NCBI GenBank assembly: GCA_016187515.1
Contig: JACPJN010000006.1
Span: forward strand, 128,856 to 192,855
DNA from: Candidatus Uhrbacteria bacterium
Lineage (GTDB): Bacteria > Patescibacteriota > Patescibacteriia > GWA2-47-26
Direction: 5' to 3'
Length of the DNA stretch: 64,000 nt
The number at the start of each line of letters is the position of its first letter. Position 1 is the first letter of the stretch. This document shows, piece by piece, positions 17,180 through 25,891 of the stretch. The position numbers and the translations under genes are program-made. The notes beneath the pieces were generated by a model. The model was not told where the DNA came from, made no database searches, and was given only the letters and a program-made list of their open reading frames with translations.

Positions 17180-17911
17180 CTACTTACTACTTACTCTCCG
17201 TGCCGTTCTCCTTCCCCCAATCATTCTAATCGCTTCCGGAATTATGTCAACTTGGATGGGGGTTTTAACCACCCCGGAGGCGCCGCAATTAACCGAGATC
17301 GGCCGGACGGCCTTAAGCCGGCAAGAAGCGATCTTAAGCACGGTGGTTTCTTCCGGTTCTCTGCTCCACCAGGTTCGCTTAAAAGGGGTCACGCGCACGG
17401 TAAGCAATCCATCATTGCCGTTTTCCCCGTCTCCCAGATTCACGATCTCGACGCGGGTAAAACCCTTGGGGAATATGCTGAAGGTCGGCGTGTGAACGTC
17501 CAATCCTTTCCCTTCACCGCACACTTTCCCAAGAAAATACTTTTCTCCGATTCTCCCCAGATCAAGTTTTATAATTCGGCGCGCGGCCAGCGCGTCTACC
17601 GCGGCCAGGCCGTCGGGAATGGCGAGCTCGGGCGCGTAGTTGCTTTTTACCGCCGGAATGTAACCCAAAATAACCGAGGTTTTCGCGAAAGCGTTCACCG
17701 CTTCTTCAAGCAGTGCGTCATCTCCCACCAGCACCAGGGTTTTTAGCCGCTTGAGTCCGAATTCTTTGACTGCCGCGGGAAATTTGAGAAATTGCGAGAG
17801 CTGGGAAATTTTTCCGGAAATTCCAAAATCGGTAACGCGTCCTTCAATCAGCGCGAGCTCGCGCGCGTACTTTTTATTCCGCAAGAATGGCGCGTAAAGA
17901 TAAAGATACAT
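17180..17911 (-). CDS. DAGK_cat-type lipid kinase / NAD-kinase-fold protein with degenerate GGDGT motif
   Basis: LVLVGDDALLEEAVNAFAKTSVILGYIPAVKSNYAPELAIP aligns to the diacylglycerol-kinase catalytic-domain pattern GGDGT..V.NGL....LG.IP.GT.NDFAR. The key Gly/Asp/Thr residues are substituted (GDDA). Confidence 0.5.
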   Translation of the reverse strand: MYLYLYAPFLRNKKYARELALIEGRVTDFGISGKISQLSQFLKFPAAVKEFGLKRLKTLVLVGDDALLEEAVNAFAKTSVILGYIPAVKSNYAPELAIPDGLAAVDALAARRIIKLDLGRIGEKYFLGKVCGEGKGLDVHTPTFSIFPKGFTRVEIVNLGDGENGNDGLLTVRVTPFKRTWWSREPEETTVLKIASCRLKAVRPISVNCGASGVVKTPIQVDIIPEAIRMIGGRRTARRVSSK

Positions 17912-17912
17912 A

Positions 17913-18000
17913 GAGAATTCCTAATTCACCTAATTGACCTAATTTCTAAACTTGGGATTTGGGATTTGTTTAGATTAATTAGGAATTAGAGTACTTAGAA
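17913..18000. repeat. AATTAG-word low-complexity hairpin with TTGGGATTTG core
   Basis: ctaattcacctaattgacctaatttctaaac ... ttgggatttgggatttgtttag ... attaattaggaattagagtacttag. A second member with a GC-rich loop insert lies at 47865-48045. Confidence 0.55.
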
Positions 18001-18006
18001 ATTCTT

Positions 18007-18450
18007 TTATTCTTCACTCTGCGCGGCTACTTTGATCACGGGTTGCCGGCTGATTTTTGCTTCCACTTTTTCAGCAATCTTCCCATTACCCTTCATCAAA
18101 CATTTTCCGTGCAGAATCGCGCCGGGAGCCACCGATAAAACTTTCACCTCCACATTTCCAAACACTCGCGCGGTCGGCGCCAGCTCCAATCGATCACGGG
18201 CTTGAATATCCCCGCGGACCTCGCCGGCCACCTGGATGTGGGCGGCCGAAACCGTGGCTTGCACTTTGGCGCCTTCCTCCACCCGCACATTGCCGCTCGT
18301 CGTGAGCGAGCCGGTCAGCGAACCCACCACCACGATATTGCCGGATGAATTAAAATTGCCTTCCAGATGAACCGAGGGACCGATAACGGACTCGGTCGTG
18401 TCTCCTCCGGTATGCGCGATTGCTCCAATATCTTGGGTCTTTTTAAACAT
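18007..18450 (-). CDS. bactofilin (polymer-forming cytoskeletal protein)
   Basis: A repetitive beta-helical segment (GNFNSSGNIVVVGSLTGSLTTSGNVRVEEGAKVQATVSAAHIQVAGEVRGDIQA...VFGNVEVKVLSV) is typical of the bactofilin DUF583 fold. Confidence 0.75.
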   Translation of the reverse strand: MFKKTQDIGAIAHTGGDTTESVIGPSVHLEGNFNSSGNIVVVGSLTGSLTTSGNVRVEEGAKVQATVSAAHIQVAGEVRGDIQARDRLELAPTARVFGNVEVKVLSVAPGAILHGKCLMKGNGKIAEKVEAKISRQPVIKVAAQSEE

Positions 18451-18580
18451 AGTGATTAACTCGTTAATTAGTTGATTAGATAATTGGTTAATTTACGGAC
18501 TGAAGAACCGCAATTTCACCCTACCATAACCCCTAGTATCATACAATACCGGCGTAACTATAACCACTACCGCGGCTTCC

Positions 18581-18746
18581 TAAAGGGGCTGTTGCGCAGT
18601 GCGCTTTCGTAGCGAAAGGTAAGAATTTTGAGCGAGACAAAGCAAAAATTGCGAGGCATACACGGAGTGTCTGTTGAGCAATTTTTGCAAAGCCGCAGCC
18701 GAAATTCTTACCTTGCAGTAGAAATGGCACTGCGCAACAGCCCCTT
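18581..18746. ncRNA. candidate structured RNA: long imperfect hairpin closed by a perfect 20-bp stem (6S-RNA-like architecture)
   Basis: aaggggctgttgcgcagtgc at 18581-18600 pairs with gcactgcgcaacagcccctt at 18727-18746. Nested pairs inside: gtaagaatttt/aaaattcttac, caaaaattgc/gcaatttttg, and the small hairpins ctttcg-tag-cgaaag and acacggagtgt. It sits intergenic between bactofilin and the lipoprotein gene. Confidence 0.4.
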
Positions 18747-18843
18747 AAACACTCTACCAGGTCTTGACGATTGCCGCAACAGCCCCATCATAGAAAAAAG
18801 GCGACCGTTACGATCGCCCTAAACACGCTGCCCTAAGCGCCGC

Positions 18844-19428
18844 TTACGGCGTCTCGCGGCAGGTTGCGATTGCAAACATCCCGCGCACAATGTTTTTGCA
18901 GGTCTCATCTTTCACCGCATCCGCATCTACCGAATACCTCTGCACTGTTGTCTGTGCCCGCGCGCACACTGCGTCCCTTCTGGCGATATCGGCAGCATCG
19001 CAAGCGCAAAGTAATTCCGCCCATCCTGCGCAGCCAACCGGAACGACCGCAAATGGATCAGCTTGAGGGACTGGTTTTGGCGCTTCTCGTACCGGCAAAG
19101 GCCCCTCCATCTGCGGCGCCGGTACAGCGCTAGGGGTCGGTGCCCGAGTTACGGTTTCTGGAGTCGCAACTGGCCGTCCTTTGATGCCTTCTGTCTTGAC
19201 CGTCAACTCAATACATTGCAAGCCCGGCACCCAGTAACTTTTCCACCCTTGAAATATCACGTCTTCTTCAATACACCGCTTTACCCAGACCTCACTGAAA
19301 ATAAGGAATGAGGTTGTGCCGGTCAGATAAACCTTGTCCTCATACCGCGCCACGCCGGTATAAGTCACACAGGATGACACCAGCAGTGCGGTTGTGGCAA
19401 AGAACAAATTCCTCCGCTTGGCATACAT
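18844..19428 (-). CDS. hypothetical lipoprotein
   Basis: Start moved to MYAKRRNLFFATTALLVSSC (a lipobox signal peptide). The Pro-rich linker PVATPETVTRAPTPSAVPAPQ is followed by a C-terminal Cys-containing domain. No family recognised. Confidence 0.5.
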   Translation of the reverse strand: MYAKRRNLFFATTALLVSSCVTYTGVARYEDKVYLTGTTSFLIFSEVWVKRCIEEDVIFQGWKSYWVPGLQCIELTVKTEGIKGRPVATPETVTRAPTPSAVPAPQMEGPLPVREAPKPVPQADPFAVVPVGCAGWAELLCACDAADIARRDAVCARAQTTVQRYSVDADAVKDETCKNIVRGMFAIATCRETP

Positions 19429-19535
19429 GCGTTTTCTCCTTTTTGCGCGGTTTAACGTTTGCGCGGTTTCACGCCCTATATTAATAACATATCCGCCGCG
19501 CTCTGTCAAGAATGTTTTCAAAAAAGCGAGGAATT

Positions 19536-19576
19536 TCTCCCCCTGCCCGAGGGGGAGATAAAGAGGGGGTGGGAGC
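19536..19576. repeat. GC-rich palindromic element (ctccccctgcccgagggggag...gggggtgggag), intergenic copy
   Basis: Read directly from the sequence. Same core as the copies at 24520, 35670 and 62900. Confidence 0.6.
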
Positions 19577-19666
19577 CCAAAATGCCATTAGGAGAACCGT
19601 GTTTTGCGTATGATCCAAACAAACCCGGTTTACCCCGTTAGCAGCAGATCGCGATTCGCGAGCGCG

Positions 19667-19698
19667 GCTTCTAACGGGTAAATGCAGTGCGGCCGCAC
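19667..19698. repeat. 32-bp perfect palindrome GGTAAATGCAGTGCGGCCGCACTGCATTTACC (NotI core); copy 1 of 3
   Basis: Perfect dyad symmetry. T-rich tract follows on the plus strand. Related copies lie at 27236-27268 and 28038-28070. Confidence 0.7.
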
Positions 19699-19879
19699 TG
19701 CATTTACCGTTTGTTATTTTCTGTAAATTTTTGTTTTCCTGAATCACGGCTTCTTAAAAAAAGACCGCACGACCCTAAGAAAGGTGTGCGGGGCCCGCGC
19801 GAGAACGCACGCGCAGGCAAGATCGTCTCCGCCACTTCGAGGCGGCTTTCGCCTCTTCGGGGCGGGTTTGCGGAAAGAG

Positions 19880-22768
19880 CTATGGCGTGTATCGCCCGCC
19901 ACTATCAATAAACAGGTTACAGTAAACATTGCAGCCGCCCCAAATGATCATTTCTGATCCTGTCCAAACCGCAGTATGACCGCGACGAGCAGCGGGGGCA
20001 CCCATACTTGACACTGGTAACCAGCTGTTGCCTGTAGGACTATAACGCCCACCGCTACCAAGCACATAGTTATCCCATGTGCCGGGACCATCGAAGTAAC
20101 CGCCCCATACCAACATTGCTGACCCGCTCCATACTGCGGTGTGATCAGAACGCCCGGATGGCGTGTCATCCGTAATTGAGGTCGGACTCCAAGTATTCGC
20201 GGGTGGATTGTATCGCCCGCCAGTGTTGAAGTAAACCCATGAGAAAGGGGGGCCTGCTCCATCCCCACCCCATACAATCATCTCTGCTCCGGTCCAGACA
20301 GCGGTAAACCCATCTCGTTGAGACGGTGCCCCGCTTATGTACATAGGAATCCATGAATTGGTCGTAGGACGATATCGTCCTTGCGCACAAAGTTCTCCCC
20401 TCCAACTACAGAGTGTGCCACCCCAGAGAATCATTTCGGAGCCGGTCCAAACCGCAGTGTATCCTTCTCCGCCACTCGTGGGTGCATTTTGATCGGTAGA
20501 AGTGGTCGAAGTTGCGGTCCAAGTATTTGTAGTAGGATTATATCTTCCACCGCTTAAAAGGTATCTTTCACCAAAGCCGCCGTCTCCGCCCCACACAATC
20601 ATTTCCGACCCAGTCCACACGCTCACATGTAAATACCGTGCAGATGGAGCATTAAATGTGCTTGTCGGTATCCATGCCTCCAGATCTGGATCATAGCGTC
20701 CTCCAGTGTTGACTGGATCGCTCAACCAATCTTCTCCGCCCCAAACGATCATTTCTGATCCTGTCCAAACCGCAGTATGACTTGCAGACCCTGCCGGAGC
20801 ATCTACTGTGGTCACAGGATTCCATGAGTCTGCTACAGGATCGTACTTCCATCCTGTATTGGTAGTGAAGAATTCATCCTGTAAAAAGCCGCCCCAGACA
20901 ATCATCTCTGCTCCGGTCCAGACCGCAGTATGGCGGATGCGACCACCTGACGACGGTGATTGTGGCTGAAGCGCCATGGACCGCCAACAGTCTGACGCTC
21001 CATTGTCATCCTCGCCGTCGCAATCGTCATCCAACCCGTTGCAGACCTCGATGCTGTCTGGCGTGTAATCCGAACAGGTGACACTGCCGTCCGGAGCGCA
21101 GATGATCAGGCCCTCCAAACAGCTGTCGCTGTCAGGACCGTCACACGCCGTGCCTAGGCCGAGACCTTCGTCTCTCGCGCCGTCGCAGTCGTTATCGAGC
21201 TCGTCGCAACGCTCGGTAGATCCCGGATGGATTGATCCATCCGCGTCATTACAGTCGGTCCCGCCAATACAGGTCGCCGCGAAAAACCCGTCGTTATCGG
21301 CATCCAGCGTCAAGGTCTGCCGACAACCGGTCGGAGCGCACCGATCGGTTGTGCAGACGGATCCATCATCACAGCGCTCGTGCACGGCCACGGTAGAGCA
21401 AGTCCGCGCCGCTTCAAAGCACAGGTCAATGGTGCAGGCCACGCCGTCGTTGCAGACCACGGGCGCACCCATTGCGCATACTCCGGCGATGCAGACCTCT
21501 TGCCCGTCGCAGAAAATGCCGTTGTCGCAGGAAACGTGCGCGTCTGCGTCATCCACTAGGCCATTGCAGTCGTTATCTTGGCCATCGCAGACCTCTTCAG
21601 CATCCGGGTTGATGTATGGATTATCGTCCGCACAGTCATTTCCGCCGGCGCAAGAAGCAGAGAAAAAGCCATCACGGTCGGCGTCCAGGGTCAGCGCATT
21701 GCGGCAGCCAGTTGGAGTGCAGCGATCTTCGGTGCAGGAATTGCTATCGTTGCACAACCCATGGGCAGCCACGGTGGAACACGCGCGCGCTGCTTCAAAG
21801 CAAAGGTCAATGGTGCAGGCCACGCCGTCGTTGCAGATAACTGGCTCGCCGAGCGCGCACACGCCACCCACGCACTGCTCTTGACCATCGCAGAAAATGC
21901 CGTTGTCGCAGGAGGTCGCGGCTTCGCCATCATCAACTGCGCCATTGCAGTCATTGTCTTGGCCGTCGCAGATCTCGGGACGCGGAAGGCCGGCTGGCGG
22001 GGCAGTGCAATCCAGGGACTCGCCATCGTCGCTGCAGACCCATTCGCCAGTGGTGCGGCAAGCGCCAATGCTTATGGCGCACTCCGCGCCAAGGCCAACC
22101 TCCAGAAACGGCTCGTCTGCCGCGCCGGAACAGTTGTCGTCAATACCGTTACACAGCTCAAGCGCGTCCGGGTGCACGTTTGGATTGTCATCATCGCAGT
22201 CGCCCTGGGCAATCGTGTAACCGTCGCGGTCGCCATCAGTATATGGCTGCGGGGGGCAAGTGGCCCAAAGTGCGTTTGGGCCGCAACCGCCGGCATAGTC
22301 CGGCGGGTCGCCGTAGGGATTAACCCGCACTCCATCAGGATCCTGCACCTCGAAATGGAGATGGGGACCGGTGGAAAAACCGGAATTGTCCGAAAGTGCG
22401 ATTTGTTGGCCAGCTTCAACTTGCTCACCTTCGCGAACTCCGATAGAGTTTCCCGTAAGGTGCGCGTAGATGGTCAAATAGCTGTTTTCATGGCGGATGC
22501 GGATATGGTTGCCCAAACCATCCTTCAGATTCGGTCGATCAGGATAGCGGCGTTCTACTCGCACCACCTCGCCATCAGCAGCAGCCAGGATTGGCGTGCC
22601 ATGGGGTGCACGGTAATCGATGGCGCCATGACACCGGCCCTGAATAGGGTAGTCACGACAGCAGAAGTCACAAGTGAGTGCGCGAGATTCCTCGAATGGT
22701 AGATAGAGAAATTGCTCTGCATGAGCAACTCGCACGACCAACAGTGCAAGGATGATATTTCGACTCAT
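19880..22768 (-). CDS. secreted multidomain protein: N-terminal M23 (LytM) peptidase domain, Cys/Asp-rich repeats, C-terminal Kelch-like beta-propeller repeats
   Basis: Signal peptide MSRNIILALLVVRVAHA. The M23 motifs are HGAIDYRAPHGTPILAAADG ... GNHIRIRH ... GPHLHFEV. Repeated CDGQDNDCNG / CNGIDDNC motifs occur, along with Cys-rich CNDGVACTIDLC units. The tract of about 9 repeats of approximately 50 aa centred on TAVWTGSEMIVWGG resembles the Kelch hhhhGG signature. The C-terminal GGRYTP is shared with paralogs 28252..29787 and 30597..34745. Confidence 0.75.
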   Translation of the reverse strand: MSRNIILALLVVRVAHAEQFLYLPFEESRALTCDFCCRDYPIQGRCHGAIDYRAPHGTPILAAADGEVVRVERRYPDRPNLKDGLGNHIRIRHENSYLTIYAHLTGNSIGVREGEQVEAGQQIALSDNSGFSTGPHLHFEVQDPDGVRVNPYGDPPDYAGGCGPNALWATCPPQPYTDGDRDGYTIAQGDCDDDNPNVHPDALELCNGIDDNCSGAADEPFLEVGLGAECAISIGACRTTGEWVCSDDGESLDCTAPPAGLPRPEICDGQDNDCNGAVDDGEAATSCDNGIFCDGQEQCVGGVCALGEPVICNDGVACTIDLCFEAARACSTVAAHGLCNDSNSCTEDRCTPTGCRNALTLDADRDGFFSASCAGGNDCADDNPYINPDAEEVCDGQDNDCNGLVDDADAHVSCDNGIFCDGQEVCIAGVCAMGAPVVCNDGVACTIDLCFEAARTCSTVAVHERCDDGSVCTTDRCAPTGCRQTLTLDADNDGFFAATCIGGTDCNDADGSIHPGSTERCDELDNDCDGARDEGLGLGTACDGPDSDSCLEGLIICAPDGSVTCSDYTPDSIEVCNGLDDDCDGEDDNGASDCWRSMALQPQSPSSGGRIRHTAVWTGAEMIVWGGFLQDEFFTTNTGWKYDPVADSWNPVTTVDAPAGSASHTAVWTGSEMIVWGGEDWLSDPVNTGGRYDPDLEAWIPTSTFNAPSARYLHVSVWTGSEMIVWGGDGGFGERYLLSGGRYNPTTNTWTATSTTSTDQNAPTSGGEGYTAVWTGSEMILWGGTLCSWRGELCAQGRYRPTTNSWIPMYISGAPSQRDGFTAVWTGAEMIVWGGDGAGPPFSWVYFNTGGRYNPPANTWSPTSITDDTPSGRSDHTAVWSGSAMLVWGGYFDGPGTWDNYVLGSGGRYSPTGNSWLPVSSMGAPAARRGHTAVWTGSEMIIWGGCNVYCNLFIDSGGRYTP

Positions 22769-23406
22769 TAACGCACCTCCGTTGCAAAGGAAGCAGCAAT
22801 GGTCTCTAGCTCTACAACTTTTGGATTGCCAGAGATTGAGTACACGCTGCCATTCGCCTCTGTGATGTATGTTTCGGACACATCATCAATAAGTTCACTG
22901 ATATAGCGCACTCTGGTAAACATCGTCCCACCTATAATTACCTGCGATTGAGATTCGATACCATCGATATATTTGATTTCTTCATTAATACTTCCTGCTC
23001 GCACTACCTCAATCGTGAGTGGGTACGGCGGATCAGAATGTAGCAATGGTGTGAACGGTTCCGGGTTTAACACCACGATGTGGACATTCGCATCACCTAT
23101 CGCGTCGAAAGGAAGCTCTGCATAGTACCACCCCTCCGGATACGCCAACTGCGCAATTCCCCAGGCCGGATTGCGGTACACTTGCCATCCTTCCGGAATC
23201 ACACTGCCGGAATCCGGCGCGCCAGCGTCCGCGCGTTCCTCTTTTACATCTTCAGCTTCCCTCTCGGCTTCTGCTCCAGCATCGGCCGATTCCGCCGCCG
23301 GGGTCTGGGTCAGCACTTTTTCCTTGCAGCCCAGCCCCAAAAGCGCAAACGCGACAAACACGGTCATTAACTTGTCAATGAACCCGCCTCTCCCACCGAC
23401 GTTCAT
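22768..23406 (-). CDS. lipoprotein, paralog pair with 29787..30425
   Basis: MNVGGRGGFIDKLMTVFVAFALLGLGC has a lipobox. The first roughly 110 aa are near-identical to the paralog, then the sequences diverge. It overlaps the downstream M23/Kelch gene by 1 nt (two-gene cassette). The start is chosen at M21 of ORF-track 22768..23466, so the true start is uncertain. Confidence 0.6.
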   Translation of the reverse strand: MNVGGRGGFIDKLMTVFVAFALLGLGCKEKVLTQTPAAESADAGAEAEREAEDVKEERADAGAPDSGSVIPEGWQVYRNPAWGIAQLAYPEGWYYAELPFDAIGDANVHIVVLNPEPFTPLLHSDPPYPLTIEVVRAGSINEEIKYIDGIESQSQVIIGGTMFTRVRYISELIDDVSETYITEANGSVYSISGNPKVVELETIAASFATEVR

Positions 23407-23513
23407 GCCTCCGTCCCGACCGTGGTCGGGACTCGGACTTTTCTCCTCGCTTTGAGTATAGTGCATATATGATAATTTGACAATTAGCTTCGCGATAATT
23501 GGTGATTCGATAA

Positions 23514-23921
23514 TTAGCCGCTTAGCGGCGATGATTTGCGATTGGTATTGATTTGTTTGCGTTGGTAATGCGCCTCAATATAGCGATTAAGTTTGGGCGC
23601 CAATCCCTGTATCATTCCGTTACACTTCTGAAAAAATGCTTCCGCTATTATACCGCGCTCTTTCATAAGCCCCAACCAATGCAGTGTTTCATAAAGAGAA
23701 CCCCGTGCATTATATAAAAATTTTATTTTGTCTAGATAGTGAAACCTCCCATGGGCTTCTGCAATATTCGCGCCTACCGAATCAATCGCGGTAATCCACT
23801 GATCCCCGATAATTTTTCTTGTATGCCATTCAAATGTTTTAAATGTGTTCCAACTTTCGCGCGATAATTCCCGTGCAATATTGTAGACCTCAATTTTATG
23901 CAAATTAATTTCCCCCTGCAT
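23514..23921 (-). CDS. four-helix-bundle protein (23S rRNA IVS / Avd-like family), second copy
   Basis: IAIDSVGANIAEAHGRFHYLDKIKFLYNARGSLYETLHWL matches the conserved core of the family (N..EG..R....D...FL..A.GS..E...). Confidence 0.65.
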   Translation of the reverse strand: MQGEINLHKIEVYNIARELSRESWNTFKTFEWHTRKIIGDQWITAIDSVGANIAEAHGRFHYLDKIKFLYNARGSLYETLHWLGLMKERGIIAEAFFQKCNGMIQGLAPKLNRYIEAHYQRKQINTNRKSSPLSG

Positions 23922-24021
23922 ATAAATTCAATTCTCCTATCATCCAATCACCCAATCTCGTCGGCTCCGCCGACCAATTATCGTTCGCGAAGCGAACAAA
24001 TTATCCAATTATCCAATCATC

Positions 24022-25797
24022 TCAATGCCTCGGCAACTCCACTCCTTTGCCGCCTTCGCCCATCTCTTCCGCCGAGAGCGGCGGGGGGCCGGAAAGCGGG
24101 AGTATAAAAATAAATGTTGAGCCCTGGCCGCGGCCGGGCGACTCGGCCCAGATTTTTCCGCCGTGTTTGTCAATAAACATTTTTGCAACGTGCAGACCCA
24201 GCCCGCTGCCCTCAATCGGCTCGCCTTCGCGCCGGCGCATCGTTCCGCTCGCCGCGCGCCTGAATTTTTGGAACAGCACCGCGATATCTTCCGGCTCCAA
24301 ACCGAGTCCAGTATCCTTCACACTCACCTTCACCCACCCTTGCGAATTATCTAATTGTCTAATCATCGAATTATCCAATTCACACGTTACAGTAATCGAT
24401 CCCTTCATCGTATACTTTATCGCATTATCAATAAGATTGACAATCACATGCCGCATTTTTTCCTCATCAAATTTAACCAGCGGAATCCCCTCCAATTTTC
24501 CCCTCTTTTCCAAGGAGGTTTTCCTCCCCTGCCCGAGGGGAGGCGAGGAAGGGTGGGAGGGGGTGGTTCGACCACCCTCAAACGTCAATTTCAACTTTTT
24601 CTGCGCCGCGCGCGGCTGATATTCCTCCACAATATCTTTGACCAACGCGCACAAATCCTGCTCTTTGAAATTATATTTCATCTTGCCCAACTCAATACGC
24701 GAAACATTCAAATACTCACCAATAAGATTTATAAGCCGCGTCGCGCTTTCCGCCATTTTTTTCATGGCATCAATCTGCCGCTGATCTTTAACCTCACCAA
24801 ACGTACCATCAAGCATAGCCGCCAGCCCCAACCGCACCACAGTTAACGGACTGCGCAACTGATGTGAGGCCATAGACAAGAAATCTGTCTTGGCCTGATC
24901 CAACTCCTGGAGCTTCGCATACGCCACCTCCAACTCATTCTTCAACCTCTCCATCTCCTCACGACGATCTACCTCACGAATAACACTTCGTATCAAAAGA
25001 TAACCAAAATAAAGAAACAGTACGAGCACTATGCTTCGGAGGAATGCCTCGAATCTCGTCTGTGAGAAAAATAACTGGAAAAACAGTACAATAAATATGG
25101 CAAATACTAGCACCTCCGTGGCAATGACCTTAATACGCAAAAGTTGATAGCGAAATACTCCTATCGCAACAAAGGTGGCAAACAATGGTACACTGAAGTT
25201 TAAAATAGGATATACATCTATCTCAAAGACCGGAAAAAATGATGGGGTACCACCCGCAAAACCAAGCCCAGCGCCTAAAAGAACGTATAGTATTTGTGTT
25301 CGTTTAGGTTCGACACTCTTCAAAAATGCCCTTACCAACCAATAATGGGCCATCAAAACTGCAACTACAAAGTAAGCAGTAAATGCAGAGTATAAAATGG
25401 TGGGTGGCGAATCATAGTAAAATTGTCCGAATGTGTAACGCACACAACAAATAAGAGCGCCAGTTAAGTTAGTCAATCCAAAAAGGATAGCTAGGGTGTA
25501 ATTTATTAATACAAGAAATCCTCGCTTCTTCTTATCGATAAAAACAAGCACGAAGTGAAAAAGAAAAGCCGGGATCATAATGACCCCAACGTGTGTAAGT
25601 CGCCATAAGAACAACGACTGTGACGGATCTTGTTCACGCGCGATAAAAAATCCCCCGATACCCCATAAGGAAACCACAAATGTAAACAAGGCAAGGAGCC
25701 AACGATCCTTTTCTCGTTGGGCATTGATAGCAATTAAGATGGCTAACGGGATAGAAATAACCGCTATCAAAATGCCATTCACAGCAAAAGCATTCAT
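24022..25797 (-). CDS. membrane sensor histidine kinase (orphan; no response regulator adjacent)
   Basis: Roughly 7 N-terminal TM helices. HisKA H-box SMASHQLRSPLT. HATPase_c motifs DNAIKYT and GSGLGLHVAK. An in-frame GC-rich palindromic insert at 24487-24575 sits between HisKA and the ATPase domain. Confidence 0.85.
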   Translation of the reverse strand: MNAFAVNGILIAVISIPLAILIAINAQREKDRWLLALFTFVVSLWGIGGFFIAREQDPSQSLFLWRLTHVGVIMIPAFLFHFVLVFIDKKKRGFLVLINYTLAILFGLTNLTGALICCVRYTFGQFYYDSPPTILYSAFTAYFVVAVLMAHYWLVRAFLKSVEPKRTQILYVLLGAGLGFAGGTPSFFPVFEIDVYPILNFSVPLFATFVAIGVFRYQLLRIKVIATEVLVFAIFIVLFFQLFFSQTRFEAFLRSIVLVLFLYFGYLLIRSVIREVDRREEMERLKNELEVAYAKLQELDQAKTDFLSMASHQLRSPLTVVRLGLAAMLDGTFGEVKDQRQIDAMKKMAESATRLINLIGEYLNVSRIELGKMKYNFKEQDLCALVKDIVEEYQPRAAQKKLKLTFEGGRTTPSHPSSPPLGQGRKTSLEKRGKLEGIPLVKFDEEKMRHVIVNLIDNAIKYTMKGSITVTCELDNSMIRQLDNSQGWVKVSVKDTGLGLEPEDIAVLFQKFRRAASGTMRRREGEPIEGSGLGLHVAKMFIDKHGGKIWAESPGRGQGSTFIFILPLSGPPPLSAEEMGEGGKGVELPRH

Positions 25798-25891
25798 ATT
25801 GAAATATTATACCACCTATACACAATAAAAAAAAGAAGACCCGCCCCTCTTCTGAGCGAGTCGAAATCGATCTATTGTTGATTTTTATACC

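Noticed and set aside
18539-18822. ORFs 18539..18730 (-) and 18628..18822 (+)
   Set aside because: They overlap each other across a 166-nt palindromic structured region, which is more plausibly an RNA or regulatory element than coding.
21078-22702. Long antisense or alternative-frame ORFs inside the Cys-rich surface genes (for example 21078..21884, 21578..22702, 32215..32841, 33431..34603, 33786..34808, 28134..28736)
   Set aside because: They are generated by GC-rich, codon-repetitive coding DNA read in other frames, and their products are low-complexity Ser/Ala/Pro/Arg strings. The sense-strand products carry coherent domains.
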